From the NCBI GenBank assembly GCA_041393015.1, contig JAWKKV010000001.1:498625-562624 (forward strand): DNA of 64,000 nucleotides, written 5' to 3'. Origin of the DNA: Chitinophagales bacterium. GTDB lineage: Bacteria > Bacteroidota > Bacteroidia > Chitinophagales > JADIYW01. A model generated the notes under the pieces. That model was given only the letters and a program-made list of their open reading frames with translations. It was not told where the DNA came from and ran no database searches. Shown in pieces: positions 9,507-20,067 of this stretch; positions within the stretch are counted from its first letter, which is position 1, and each line of letters begins with the position of its first letter. The position numbers and the translations under genes are program-made.

Positions 9507-10256
9507 ATGTCTAACCAATCCAATATAGATCTTGATGCTCCCGCTACCACAATGGCTCATGGAGAGATCATTTTGAAGAAGCCTTTTCTAAAAAAGCTTT
9601 ATATCGAGTGGTATCAACAGTTTAGTGAATTGGCTAAAACACTACCGGAAGGAAAGCTTTTGGAAATTGGTTCCGGCGGCGGATTTATCAAAGAGATTAA
9701 TCCCAATGTTTTAACCACCGATATTTTAGAGCTTCCCAATGTAGATATAGTAATGTCTGCAGAAGACATACCTTTAGAAGATAATTCGGTTAGTGGCATT
9801 TTTATGATCAATGTATTACACCATATAAAAAATAGCGATGCCTTTTTAAAAGAAGCTCAAAGAGTTTTAAAGAAAGGCGGAAAAATATTTATGGTGGAAC
9901 CGGCTAATACTTTGTGGAGTAGATTTTTCTATAGAAATTTTCATCACGAAGGTTTTGACCCTTCTGAGAAAGATTGGAAGGTAGAGGGAGAAGGACCGTT
10001 AAGCGATGCCAATGGAGCAATTCCGTGGATTATATTTAAGCGAGATCTTCATAAATTTCAACAAAAATACCCTGATTTAGTTTTAGAAAAACGCAAAGAT
10101 CATACCCCCATGAGATATACTTTAACCGGAGGTTTATCATTCCCTTCAGTGGTTCCTGGTTGGTCTTTTAAAATAGTTACTTTTTTAGAAAATGTATTCT
10201 CCTTTTTGTTTCGATATTTTGGAATGTTTCAAACTATCATTGTCAAAAAGAAGTAG
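9507..10256 (+). CDS. class I SAM-dependent methyltransferase
   Basis: Motif I LLEIGSGGGFI and post-I/III GGKIFMVEP. ATG at 9507 preferred over the overlapping TTG at 9465. Confidence 0.75.
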   Translation: MSNQSNIDLDAPATTMAHGEIILKKPFLKKLYIEWYQQFSELAKTLPEGKLLEIGSGGGFIKEINPNVLTTDILELPNVDIVMSAEDIPLEDNSVSGIFMINVLHHIKNSDAFLKEAQRVLKKGGKIFMVEPANTLWSRFFYRNFHHEGFDPSEKDWKVEGEGPLSDANGAIPWIIFKRDLHKFQQKYPDLVLEKRKDHTPMRYTLTGGLSFPSVVPGWSFKIVTFLENVFSFLFRYFGMFQTIIVKKK

Positions 10257-10264
10257 ATAAATAA

Positions 10265-11740
10265 ATGAACGTGGAAACAGATATACAACCAACAATAACA
10301 ACTCAAACCAAATATACAGGGCGAACTTTAGCCTTCTACAATCACTTTGAGCAGTTGGCACAGAAATACAAAAGTTATAAGCAGCGATTCAGCTATTATT
10401 GGAAAGATATTGTTAGATATTGTAATTATTTTATCCATGATGAAGACAGTGTAATAGAGATTGGTTGCGGAGTAGGAGATTCCTTAAATGGTTATAAAGG
10501 AATTAAAAAAGTTGGTATAGATTTTAGTCCATCGATGATTGACGTGGCAAAAGCGAACTATCCAAATTTAGAGTTTCACTTAATGGATGCCGCCAACATC
10601 ACGTTAGATCAGAAATTTGATGTAGTAATTCTTTCCAATGTAATTGGATACTTTGATAATATTGAAGATGTGTTGTTGCAATTAAAGAAAGTTTGTCATG
10701 ATAGAACCAAATTAATTGTTTCGTATTATAATCATAGTTGGGAGCCTTTAATCAATTTTGCAGAATTCATTGGATTAAAAAAGAAAAGCCCTGTACAAAA
10801 TTGGTTATCGGAGCAAGACATCAGTAATTTATTATACTTATCAGGCTTTGAAACTTTTAAATCTAAAAGGAGAATGATTATTCCTGTTTGGATTCCAATA
10901 TTATCATGGTTTTTCAATAAGTATATTGCGAACCTTCCTTTCTTCAATCGCTTTGGATTAAGCAAATTTGTTTTTGCTCGTAGAATGGCTTTTAAATCAA
11001 GTCAAGAAGTTTCAGAAAAATATTCTACTACAGTGGTGATTCCGGCAAGAAACGAAAGCGGCAATATTGAGGACGCCATTTTGCGGTTACCTAAATTCGG
11101 AAAGCATGTAGAAATCATATTTGTGGAAGGAAATTCTACTGATGACACTTGGGAAAAGATTCAAGAGATTCAAGCAAAGTATAAGGATACGCACGATATA
11201 AAAATCACTCAACAAGAAGGCAAGGGAAAGGGCGATGCAGTAAGAAAAGGTTATGCGATGGCTACCGGAGATATATTGATGATTTTAGATGCCGACCTAA
11301 CTGTTCCGCCGGAGGATATTCCTAAATTTTATGATGCATTAGCGACAAGCAAAGGCGAATTCATCAATGGCTGTCGGTTAATTTATCCGATGGAAAGTCA
11401 GGCGATGAGATTTTTAAATACCTTAGGTAATAAATTTTTCAGCAAGGTTTTTTCTTGGTTGTTAGAGCAACCGATAAAAGATACTTTATGTGGAACGAAA
11501 GTGATGTTTAGAACGGATTACAACCGTTTAATTGCCAATAGAGCTTTCTTTGGGGAGTTTGACCCATTTGGAGATTTTGATCTCTTATTTGGGGCTTATA
11601 AGCTGAATTTAAAGATTATTGACTTACCTATTCGTTATCGAGATAGAACCTACGGTGACACCAATATTTCTAGGTTTAAACATGGTTTATTACTCTTAAA
11701 AATGTGTTGGTTTGCTTCCGGGAAAATCAAGTTTTGGTAA
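10265..11740 (+). CDS. bifunctional SAM methyltransferase / family-2 glycosyltransferase (polyprenyl-phosphate hexose synthase-like)
   Basis: N-terminal VIEIGCGVGDSL methyltransferase domain, a hydrophobic linker, and a C-terminal GT2 domain (VVIPARNESGNI, EGNSTDDT, LDADLT, DTLCGTK resembling the Alg5/DPM1 DTQCGFK). Confidence 0.85.
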   Translation: MNVETDIQPTITTQTKYTGRTLAFYNHFEQLAQKYKSYKQRFSYYWKDIVRYCNYFIHDEDSVIEIGCGVGDSLNGYKGIKKVGIDFSPSMIDVAKANYPNLEFHLMDAANITLDQKFDVVILSNVIGYFDNIEDVLLQLKKVCHDRTKLIVSYYNHSWEPLINFAEFIGLKKKSPVQNWLSEQDISNLLYLSGFETFKSKRRMIIPVWIPILSWFFNKYIANLPFFNRFGLSKFVFARRMAFKSSQEVSEKYSTTVVIPARNESGNIEDAILRLPKFGKHVEIIFVEGNSTDDTWEKIQEIQAKYKDTHDIKITQQEGKGKGDAVRKGYAMATGDILMILDADLTVPPEDIPKFYDALATSKGEFINGCRLIYPMESQAMRFLNTLGNKFFSKVFSWLLEQPIKDTLCGTKVMFRTDYNRLIANRAFFGEFDPFGDFDLLFGAYKLNLKIIDLPIRYRDRTYGDTNISRFKHGLLLLKMCWFASGKIKFW

Positions 11741-11810
11741 TTTAAAATGATCTAATTCAACTTGTTCAAGCGTCTCGCCAGGACTTACATTCTATATATT
11801 TTTCTAGCCT

Positions 11811-11846
11811 AAAATAAAAAAGTCTATAAAATTGCTTCTATAGACT
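11811..11846 (-). terminator. rho-independent terminator of infB
   Basis: Hairpin agtctata(11821-28)/tatagact(11839-46), followed on the minus strand by a T-run (complement of aaaataaaaa). Confidence 0.6.
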
Positions 11847-11875
11847 CCTTTCTAGTTGTTTAAATGTATTAATTC

Positions 11876-14569
11876 TTAATTCTCTAAAGTTCTTTCGATT
11901 TCAATATGCTCGTAAGCTTCAATGATATCGCCAACTTTAATGTCGTTGTATTTCGCAATTTTTACACCACATTCCATACCTTTCGTAACTTCTTTAGCAT
12001 CGTCTTTGTATCGTTTCAATGCATCTAAAGTTCCATCATAAGCTACAATACCGTCTCTAATAATTCTTACTTTATTGTTTCTATTCATTTTACCATCCAA
12101 TACGAAACAACCGGCAATAGTACCCACTTTACTAATCTTGAAGGTTTCTCGAACTTCCACGTTAGCAACAATTTTCTCTTCGTATTTAGGACGTAACATA
12201 CCCACCATTGCAGCTTTCACTTCATCAATAGCATCATAAATAATAGAGTAAGTTCTAATATCAATAGATTCTTTTTCTGCTAATGCTCTAGCATTGGCTG
12301 ATGGTCTAACTTGGAAGGCAATAATAATGGCATTGGAAGCAGAAGCTAATAGAATGTCTGATTCTGTAATTTGACCAACACCTTTATGGATAATATTGAC
12401 TTGTAATTCTTCAGTAGACAATTTCAATAATGAATCTCCTAATGCTTCAACTGATCCATCCACGTCACCTTTCACAATTAAATTCAATTCTTGGAAACTA
12501 TCTAATTTCAATCGATCTCCTAACTTATCTAGCGTTAATCGTTTAGTAGCTCTAATACCTTGTTCTCTTTGAATTTGACTTCTTCTAGAAGCTAATGCTT
12601 TCGCATCTTGCTCACTATCATAATGTTTGAATTTCTCACCTGCTTGAGGCGCTCCATTCAAACCTAATACTTGAACTGGTGTAGAAGGACCGGCTTTTTT
12701 AACCTTATTTCCTCTCTCATTATACATGGCTTTTACTTTACCATAATGAGACCCTGCTACAATTACATCGCCTACTTGTAATGTTCCATCTTGAACCATT
12801 ACTGTTGCTAAATATCCTCTTCCTTTATCTAATGAAGCCTCAATTACTGAACCGCTTGCATTTTTATTTGGATTACCTTTTAATTCTAGTAATTCTGCTT
12901 CTAAAAGAATTTTCTCTAGTAATGTCTCCACATTAGTACCATGCTTAGCAGAAATTTCTTGCTCTTGGTGTTTACCTCCCCAAGATTCTACCATCACATT
13001 CATTTGTGATAATTGCTCTTTTACTTTATCTACGTTAGCACCTTCTTTATCAATCTTGTTGAAAGCAAAGATCATTGGCACTTCCGCTGCTTGCGCATGG
13101 CTAATAGCTTCTTTTGTTTGAGGCATTACACTATCATCCGCTGCAATTACAATTACGGCAATATCAGTAATTTTGGCACCTCTCGCTCTCATCGCGGTAA
13201 AGGCTTCGTGACCTGGTGTATCTAAGAAAGTTACTTGCTTGCCTGATTTAGTTTCTACCTCGTAAGCACCAATATGTTGTGTTATTCCTCCCATTTCTCC
13301 GGCAATAACATTGGCACTTCTAATATAATCCAACAATGAAGTTTTACCGTGATCAACGTGACCCATAATGGTTACGATAGGTGCTCTTTCAACTAAATCC
13401 TCCGGATTATCTTCCTCTTCTTCTTCTTCGTCTTCATCTTCGTTAACATTAATAAATTCAACTTGGAAATCGAATTCATCAGCTACTAACTCAATTATTT
13501 CAGATTCTAATCTCTGATTAATAGAAACAATTACGCCTAACATGAAACATTTAGAAATTACTTCTGTAGCAGAAACATCCATTAAGTTCGCTAACTCACT
13601 CACGGAAATAAATTCTGTTACCTGTATTACGTTTGTGTCTTCTAATTCCTCCTCGTCCTCACGAATTTTGGCGTGTTCGTCTCTCTTCTGTTTTCTATAC
13701 TTCGCTCCTTTGGCTCCTTTTGACTTTCCACCGGAAAGCTTAGCCATAGTTGCTTTTATTTTTTCTTGAACTTCTTTTTCAGATACTACTTCTTTTTGGT
13801 CGCCTCTTTTATGAGCATTCCCAGCTCTCGGTCCTGTTCCTCTTTTTCTTCCATCATCTTTATTCGCAACAGATTTAGTATCTATTGGTCTAGAAATTCT
13901 CTTTCTCTTTCTTCTTTTCTCGTCACCTGAAGTATCTTTCGATTTCTTTTTAGGCTCTTTTACCGGAAGTTCAATCTTACCAACAATCGTTGGCCCTGTC
14001 AATTTCTCTAGCTTTGTTTTCTCAACAACCTCTTCTTCCTTTTTAGGGGCTTCTTTCTTAGGCTCTTCTTTTGCAACAACTTTTTCTTCGACTTTCTTAG
14101 GCTCTACCTTCTTAGGCGTTGGATCTTCGAGTTTACCGACAACCTTGAGTCCAATTTTTGGTTTTTCAACAACAATTTCTTCTTCTACAGCTTCAACCTT
14201 TTTTTCCTCCTTCTTCTCAACAACCTTCTCTTCTTCTACCTTTTCCTCTTTCTTTTCTTCTTTGGCTTTTCCTAAGTCAACTTTTCCAACAATTTTCGGC
14301 CCGTCAACTTTAACTTTCCTTGTCTCAACAATTTCTTCCTCTCTCTCTTTACGAACCTTACCAATATTGATTTCTTCCGCGCGCTGTTTAATTACAATCT
14401 CTTGCTGAAAATCTTTCAGCAACAGATGATACATGTCTTCTGTAAGCTTAGTAGTAGGCTTGTTATCGATATCGAAACCATTTTTTTTCAAATGCTCCAC
14501 AATGGAAGCCGTACCGACGTTCAACTCCTTTGCTATACTTACTAACCTTTTTGATTTAGCTCCTGTCAT
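11876..14569 (-). CDS. infB: translation initiation factor IF-2
   Basis: K/E-rich N-terminal region. GTPase motifs [21 protein letters not shown]. Conserved C-terminal domains. Confidence 0.97.
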   Translation of the reverse strand: MTGAKSKRLVSIAKELNVGTASIVEHLKKNGFDIDNKPTTKLTEDMYHLLLKDFQQEIVIKQRAEEINIGKVRKEREEEIVETRKVKVDGPKIVGKVDLGKAKEEKKEEKVEEEKVVEKKEEKKVEAVEEEIVVEKPKIGLKVVGKLEDPTPKKVEPKKVEEKVVAKEEPKKEAPKKEEEVVEKTKLEKLTGPTIVGKIELPVKEPKKKSKDTSGDEKRRKRKRISRPIDTKSVANKDDGRKRGTGPRAGNAHKRGDQKEVVSEKEVQEKIKATMAKLSGGKSKGAKGAKYRKQKRDEHAKIREDEEELEDTNVIQVTEFISVSELANLMDVSATEVISKCFMLGVIVSINQRLESEIIELVADEFDFQVEFINVNEDEDEEEEEEDNPEDLVERAPIVTIMGHVDHGKTSLLDYIRSANVIAGEMGGITQHIGAYEVETKSGKQVTFLDTPGHEAFTAMRARGAKITDIAVIVIAADDSVMPQTKEAISHAQAAEVPMIFAFNKIDKEGANVDKVKEQLSQMNVMVESWGGKHQEQEISAKHGTNVETLLEKILLEAELLELKGNPNKNASGSVIEASLDKGRGYLATVMVQDGTLQVGDVIVAGSHYGKVKAMYNERGNKVKKAGPSTPVQVLGLNGAPQAGEKFKHYDSEQDAKALASRRSQIQREQGIRATKRLTLDKLGDRLKLDSFQELNLIVKGDVDGSVEALGDSLLKLSTEELQVNIIHKGVGQITESDILLASASNAIIIAFQVRPSANARALAEKESIDIRTYSIIYDAIDEVKAAMVGMLRPKYEEKIVANVEVRETFKISKVGTIAGCFVLDGKMNRNNKVRIIRDGIVAYDGTLDALKRYKDDAKEVTKGMECGVKIAKYNDIKVGDIIEAYEHIEIERTLEN

Positions 14570-14623
14570 TCGCGACGAATATATTTATCTTTTATTGAAA
14601 CTAATGATAATTAAATCATAAGT

Positions 14624-15865
14624 TTAATCGTTTTCAAATTCTCTTTTCAATACTGTTAACAATTCTTCAATTGTTTCTTCTTCCAAATCAGACCTTCTGA
14701 TTAACTCTTTTTTATCTAATTGCAGTACACTTTTAGCGGTATCACAACCAATTGTTTTTAAGGCATCAATTACCCAGCTTTCGATTTCATCACTGAATTC
14801 TTCTAAATCAACATCATCCTCCATGTCTTCTGTATCACGGAAAACATCAATTTCAAACTCCGTTAATTTACTGGCCAACTTAATGTTTAAACCACCTTTT
14901 CCAATTGCTAAAGATACTTGATCCGGCTTCAAATATACGGATACTCTTTTGTCTTCCATTTTAAGATCTATAGAAGTGATCTTAGCTGGAGATAAAGCTC
15001 TCTGTATAAACAAGCTAGTATTATTAGTAAAGTTAATAATGTCAATGTTTTCATTTTTTAACTCTCTTACAATACCATGTATTCTAGATCCTTTCATTCC
15101 TACACAAGCACCTACTGGATCAATTCTATCATCGTAAGATTCTACCGCTACTTTTGCTCTTTCTCCCGGCTCTCTAACAATTTTCTTAATTACAATTAAA
15201 CCGTCAAAAATTTCCGGCACTTCCATTTCTAACAATTTCGCTAAGAAAGAAGTATCGGTTCTTGAAAGAATAACTTTAGGGTTGTTGCCTCGCATTTCAA
15301 CATCTTTAACAACCGCTCTAATCGTTTCTCCTTTTTTAAAGTAATCCGATTTAATTTGTTCTTGCTTTGGTAAAATCAATTCGTTCCCATCGTCATCCAA
15401 ACATAAGATTTCTCTTTTCCAAATTTGATAAACTTCAGTGGTAACGATTTCACCAATTCTATCTTTGTATTTTTTGTACACTTCATCTTTCTCTAATTCC
15501 AAGATTCTTGAAATTAAAGTCTGTCTTGCGGCCAAAATAGCTCTTCGTCCGAAATCCATAAGGGTAATCTCCTCAAAAGCTTCTTCTCCTACTTCAAAAT
15601 CTTCTTCAATTTTCTTGGCATCAGAAATACAAATTTCTTCTAAAGAATCTTCTACTTCTCCATCTTCCACAATTACTCTGTGTCTCCAGATTTCTAAATC
15701 TCCTTTATCTGTATTAACAATAATGTCAAAATTATCGTCAGACCCATATTTTTTTCTCAATAGCGTTTTAAAAACATCTTCTAAAACCTTCATCATTGTA
15801 GGTCTATCAATATTCTTAAACTCTTTAAACTCCGAAAACGAATCTACTAATTCCGCACTGTTCAT
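14624..15865 (-). CDS. nusA: transcription termination/antitermination factor NusA
   Basis: N-terminal domain, S1 and two KH domains (GACVGMKGSRI, AIGKGGLNIKLAS). Sits between rimP and infB. Confidence 0.97.
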   Translation of the reverse strand: MNSAELVDSFSEFKEFKNIDRPTMMKVLEDVFKTLLRKKYGSDDNFDIIVNTDKGDLEIWRHRVIVEDGEVEDSLEEICISDAKKIEEDFEVGEEAFEEITLMDFGRRAILAARQTLISRILELEKDEVYKKYKDRIGEIVTTEVYQIWKREILCLDDDGNELILPKQEQIKSDYFKKGETIRAVVKDVEMRGNNPKVILSRTDTSFLAKLLEMEVPEIFDGLIVIKKIVREPGERAKVAVESYDDRIDPVGACVGMKGSRIHGIVRELKNENIDIINFTNNTSLFIQRALSPAKITSIDLKMEDKRVSVYLKPDQVSLAIGKGGLNIKLASKLTEFEIDVFRDTEDMEDDVDLEEFSDEIESWVIDALKTIGCDTAKSVLQLDKKELIRRSDLEEETIEELLTVLKREFEND

Positions 15866-15871
15866 TGCCTT

Positions 15872-16330
15872 CTATTTAAATGTTATTAATTTTTTTGTCG
15901 TTTTTATATCATCAAAAGGAATATCTAACAAATTGGTAGCTACCACTTTTTTATTTTTTATCGTTTGTGATTCTAATTGAATGCCATCATTATCTACCTT
16001 TTTAAGAATGCCTTTGTACTTGTTACCGTCTTTTTTCAATACTTCTACCAATCTTTCAATTGATTTGTGATATTGTTGAAGGACTTTCAATGGCTCTCCC
16101 ATACCGGGTGAAGAAACTTCTAAGGTGTATTTTTCACCTACTAGGTTTTCTTCTTCTAAATAAGCTTCCAACATTCTGCTTATCTCCACACATTTATCGA
16201 TAGTAATATTTTGTTTCCCGTCTACAAAAAGCATTATCTTTTGCTGTGGTGTAATTTTAACATCTACAAAAAAAAGATCAGTACCTTTTACATACTCGTT
16301 TAACTTATTTTCTATCTTATCTTTTAACAT
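15872..16330 (-). CDS. rimP: ribosome maturation factor RimP
   Basis: 152 aa with LEVSSPGMGEPL motif; conserved position upstream of nusA. Confidence 0.9.
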   Translation of the reverse strand: MLKDKIENKLNEYVKGTDLFFVDVKITPQQKIMLFVDGKQNITIDKCVEISRMLEAYLEEENLVGEKYTLEVSSPGMGEPLKVLQQYHKSIERLVEVLKKDGNKYKGILKKVDNDGIQLESQTIKNKKVVATNLLDIPFDDIKTTKKLITFK

Positions 16331-16340
16331 AATCGTACCC

Positions 16341-16372
16341 TAATAAAATAGGGGACTTTAAAAGCCCCCTAT
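16341..16372 (-). promoter_or_regulatory. terminator-like hairpin in the rimP-nusA-infB leader (candidate attenuator)
   Basis: 7-bp stem atagggg/cccctat (16348-54 / 16366-72). On the minus strand it is followed by tttatta, ending about 10 nt before the rimP ATG. Confidence 0.4.
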
Positions 16373-16499
16373 GAATAGAGAATGCAAAGGTAGAACTTTT
16401 TTATTTGTTAACCAATTCTCTAATCTTATCTATAAATTAAGCTAGTATTTCTTGATTCGTTGCTTTGCTATGCCAATTCTATCATTTACATTTGATACA

Positions 16500-16997
16500 A
16501 TGAAGTCGGTATGCATTATAAGACACGCTAAATCCAGCTGGGAAGATCAAGATCTGCCGGATGTAATTAGGCCTTTAAACAAAAGAGGAAAGAAAACTTC
16601 TGGGTTGGTGGGAAGATACTTAGCACAACTTCATGAGAAACCGGATTTAATTATTTCAAGTCCGGCTACAAGAGCCTATCATACTGCTGTTAATATTGCC
16701 CAAATTTTAGGGTATAGGATGAAAAACATTGTCATCGACCCTACAATTTATTTTGAAGGCGAACAAGGAATTATAAATATGCTGAGGCGTTTAGATGACA
16801 AGTACGATCATATATTTATCATCGGACATGAGCCCACCCTAAGTGATGTTATTGAAACTTTGAGCGGTGAAACGGTTCCTAAATTTCCCACAACGGCTGT
16901 ATTTAAAATTAATTTAGATATGACTTCTTGGAAAGATATTTACGAATCAAAAGGCAAGAAAGCATTTTTCACCATTCCTAAACAAATAAGAGAATAA
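16500..16997 (+). CDS. histidine phosphatase superfamily protein (SixA-like)
   Basis: MKSVCIIRHAKS (RHA/G catalytic motif), KRGKK, and GHEPTLS (second catalytic His). ATG at 16500 preferred over TTG at 16452. Confidence 0.75.
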   Translation: MKSVCIIRHAKSSWEDQDLPDVIRPLNKRGKKTSGLVGRYLAQLHEKPDLIISSPATRAYHTAVNIAQILGYRMKNIVIDPTIYFEGEQGIINMLRRLDDKYDHIFIIGHEPTLSDVIETLSGETVPKFPTTAVFKINLDMTSWKDIYESKGKKAFFTIPKQIRE

Positions 16998-17011
16998 CAT
17001 TACTATCTAGC

Positions 17012-19090
17012 ATGCTAAGAACCAAAATAATTAATAGAGAACTTAGTTGGTTGTCTTTCAATGAACGAGTATTGCAAGAGGCAGAAGACCCAAGTGTTCC
17101 ATTGTTGGAGAGACTTAAATTTCTCGGTATTTTTTCAAACAATCAGGATGAATTTTTTAGGGTTAGAGTAGCTACTATTAGGCGAATGGCCATGTTGGAG
17201 AAAGAAGCTAAGAAAGATCTTGGTATCAAGCCTTCTCAACTACTTATTCAAATTCAAGATAAAATTTTGCAACTTCAAAAGAGATTCGACGAGACCTATT
17301 TGAAGCTTTTGAAAGAGTTGAAAGAAGAGAATATATACATCATTAATGAAAATGAGCTAACAGAGGAGCAAGGCAAATTTGTTAGAGCCTATTTTCATGA
17401 TGAAGTTAGATTAAACCTCTTCCCTATCATGATTGATAACCTTAAGGAATTTCCAATTCTGCAAGATTCTTCGATTTATTTGGCTATTCAATTCTATAAA
17501 AAACAAAACAAAGCAGAATCGGTTATTCACTCCTTAATTGAAGTACCTACCCCTCAATTACCTCGTTTCTTGGTATTGCCAAAAGAAGACGAAAAAACCT
17601 ATATTATTTTCTTAGATGACGTAATTAGGTTTAATCTTCAAGACATCTACAAAATATATGATTTTGATAAAATTGAAGCGTTTACCATAAAGTTTACGCG
17701 AGATGCGGAATTAGATATTGACAACGACGTATCCAAAAGTTTTTTAACGGCGGTAGAAACTAGTTTAAAAAAGCGAAAATCGGCAGATCCATTGCGATTT
17801 ATTCACGATGAGGAAATGCCCGAGAAATTCCTAAATTTCTTATTGAAGAAAATAGGCTTAAAAAAAGGTCCAAGCGTTTTGCCTGGTGTTCGATACCATA
17901 ATTTTAAAGATTTTATGGGTTTCCCTAAATTAGATAGACCTGATTTATGGTATAAAAAACTATCTCAAATCCCACATCCTGATTTTCATGAATGCAGAAG
18001 TATGATGCAGGTAATGAAAGAAAAAGATGTGCTTTTATATTACCCATATCATGCTTTTGATGATTTTTTAGATCTGCTAAGAGAAGCGGCTATCGACCCT
18101 TTGGTTTCTCATATTAGAGTAAATGTTTATCGAGTAGCAGACCAATCTAACGTTATCAAATCACTGGTAACGGCTATTAGAAATGGGAAATTTGTTACCG
18201 TTGTAGTTGAGTTAAGAGCTAGATTTGATGAGGCAGCCAATATTCATTGGGCGACTAAACTTAGAGAAGAAGGCGTAAGAGTAATTACAGGTGTTTCCGG
18301 ATTAAAAGTGCATTCTAAGTTATGCTTAATAACGAGAAGAGAAGCAGGTGAAAAAGTGTATTACGGCACTATTGGCACGGGTAACTTCCACGAAGACACT
18401 TCTAAAGTTTATACGGACCATACGTTATTTACAGCCAATCAAGTTATTACAAGAGAAGTAAGAGAAATATTTACCTTTTTTGAAAAGAACTACGAAATAC
18501 CAAAACACAATCGATTAATTACAGCACCTTTTCAATTGAGGACTAAAATTGTTAGTTTGATTAATAGAGAGATTCGCAATGCAAAAGCCGGAAAAAAAGC
18601 GGAGCTATTCTTTAAAATGAATAGTTTAGTGGACGAAGCTATGATTGAAAAACTATATCAGGCGAGCAAAGCAGGTGTAAAAATTAAATTAATTGTTAGA
18701 GGAATTTGTTCTTTAATTCCCGGTATACCAAAAATGAGTGAAAATATAAAAGCGATTAGCTTAGTAGATAAGTTATTAGAGCATACTCGAGTATTTGTAT
18801 TTCACAATGATGGGAAAGAAGATGTTTATATTGGCAGTGCAGATTTAATGACTAGAAACTTAGATTACAGAGTTGAAGTGCTTTGCCCGATTTTAGATAG
18901 AGGATTGAAGCAGCAATTGATTGACATTTTAGATATTCAATGGAGTGGTAATGTTAAGGTTCGTATCTTTGACCAAGATCAGCGAAATAAATATCGAAAA
19001 TCTAAAGGCAAAGAGATTATTAGAGCACAAGATGTTATTCATGATTATTATAACCAATTTTATATTTCACAAACTGAAAAGAAAGACTAG
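17012..19090 (+). CDS. ppk1: polyphosphate kinase 1
   Basis: NRELSWLSFNERVLQEA N-terminus, autophosphorylation-site region KVHSKLCLI, two PLD-like C-terminal domains; 692 aa. Confidence 0.95.
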   Translation: MLRTKIINRELSWLSFNERVLQEAEDPSVPLLERLKFLGIFSNNQDEFFRVRVATIRRMAMLEKEAKKDLGIKPSQLLIQIQDKILQLQKRFDETYLKLLKELKEENIYIINENELTEEQGKFVRAYFHDEVRLNLFPIMIDNLKEFPILQDSSIYLAIQFYKKQNKAESVIHSLIEVPTPQLPRFLVLPKEDEKTYIIFLDDVIRFNLQDIYKIYDFDKIEAFTIKFTRDAELDIDNDVSKSFLTAVETSLKKRKSADPLRFIHDEEMPEKFLNFLLKKIGLKKGPSVLPGVRYHNFKDFMGFPKLDRPDLWYKKLSQIPHPDFHECRSMMQVMKEKDVLLYYPYHAFDDFLDLLREAAIDPLVSHIRVNVYRVADQSNVIKSLVTAIRNGKFVTVVVELRARFDEAANIHWATKLREEGVRVITGVSGLKVHSKLCLITRREAGEKVYYGTIGTGNFHEDTSKVYTDHTLFTANQVITREVREIFTFFEKNYEIPKHNRLITAPFQLRTKIVSLINREIRNAKAGKKAELFFKMNSLVDEAMIEKLYQASKAGVKIKLIVRGICSLIPGIPKMSENIKAISLVDKLLEHTRVFVFHNDGKEDVYIGSADLMTRNLDYRVEVLCPILDRGLKQQLIDILDIQWSGNVKVRIFDQDQRNKYRKSKGKEIIRAQDVIHDYYNQFYISQTEKKD

Positions 19091-19093
19091 AAT

Positions 19094-19996
19094 TTGAAAC
19101 TTGGAGCAATTGACATAGGATCTAACGCCATTAGGCTTTTATTGATGAATGTATATGAAACACCTGAAGGCCCTGTTTTTGTAAAAGATACTATTTATAG
19201 ATTACCCCTTCGTTTGGGTGAAGAAGCCTTTTTAAATGGCAAATTTTCTACGGCTAAGGTAAATGCCCTTATTAAAGCACTAAAGGCATTTAAAAATATT
19301 ATTGATGTGCATGGCACAGAAGTTTATATGGCTTGTGCTACAAGTGCCATGAGAGAAGCAAGCAACAGCAAAAAAGTTATTGAAAAAATTAAGGCTAAAA
19401 CCGGTATTGATATCAATGTGATTAGTGGTTCTGAAGAAGCAGATATCATATTTTCCAATCAATTAGGCGAAGGCCCTTTTAGCGAAAACACCAATTATTT
19501 ATACATTGATGTTGGTGGCGGAAGTACAGAGTTAGTGTTGATTTCGGATGGTAAATTAGTTGACAAATGGTCGTTTAATATTGGAACACTTCGGTTGAAG
19601 CACAATATGGTTTCAAATGAAGTTTGGCGCGAAATGCGAGTTTGGCTCTATAAATTCAGAAAAGATTATTCCGGCATAAAAGGAATTGGATCAGGGGGAA
19701 ACATCAACCATATCTTAAAAAATCACTCAAAGAATAAGAATAACATTTTAAGTTTAGAAGTGATTGAAGTTTGCTACAGCATGCTTAAAGTGATTCCGGA
19801 TATTGACAAACAAATAAATTTCAGAATGCGACCTGATCGTGCAGACGTAATTGTTCCTGCATTGGAAATCTTTAAAAAGATTATGAATTGGCTAGATATC
19901 GATGAAATTTATGTACCTAAATTAGGCTTACCAGATGGCATCATTAAAAAACTATACGAGGAAAACAAGGATAATAAAAGTAAGAAATCGAAGTAA
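19094..19996 (+). CDS. ppx: exopolyphosphatase (Ppx/GppA family, short form)
   Basis: ASKHA fold motifs AIDIGSNAIRLL and DVGGGSTEL. TTG start 3 nt after the ppk1 stop. Confidence 0.85.
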   Translation: MKLGAIDIGSNAIRLLLMNVYETPEGPVFVKDTIYRLPLRLGEEAFLNGKFSTAKVNALIKALKAFKNIIDVHGTEVYMACATSAMREASNSKKVIEKIKAKTGIDINVISGSEEADIIFSNQLGEGPFSENTNYLYIDVGGGSTELVLISDGKLVDKWSFNIGTLRLKHNMVSNEVWREMRVWLYKFRKDYSGIKGIGSGGNINHILKNHSKNKNNILSLEVIEVCYSMLKVIPDIDKQINFRMRPDRADVIVPALEIFKKIMNWLDIDEIYVPKLGLPDGIIKKLYEENKDNKSKKSK

Positions 19997-20067
19997 AAAT
20001 TGATTGATACTAATGAAACTTAAATAATGATCTCTTTTATTAACTTAGCATCTTCTAAAAAATAACC

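Noticed and set aside
13700-14400. Highly repetitive K/E/V-rich coding DNA in the 5' third of infB
   Set aside because: Low-complexity, lineage-variable N-terminal regions are normal for IF-2, so this is not evidence of a separate element.
14145-14408. S/F/T-rich 87-aa ORF, plus other + strand ORFs at 13013-13225, 13542-13769, 14433-14621, 14949-15137 and 15438-15980
   Set aside because: All lie antisense to infB, nusA or rimP, whose identities are unambiguous. Their low-complexity composition mirrors the K/E-rich sense strand.
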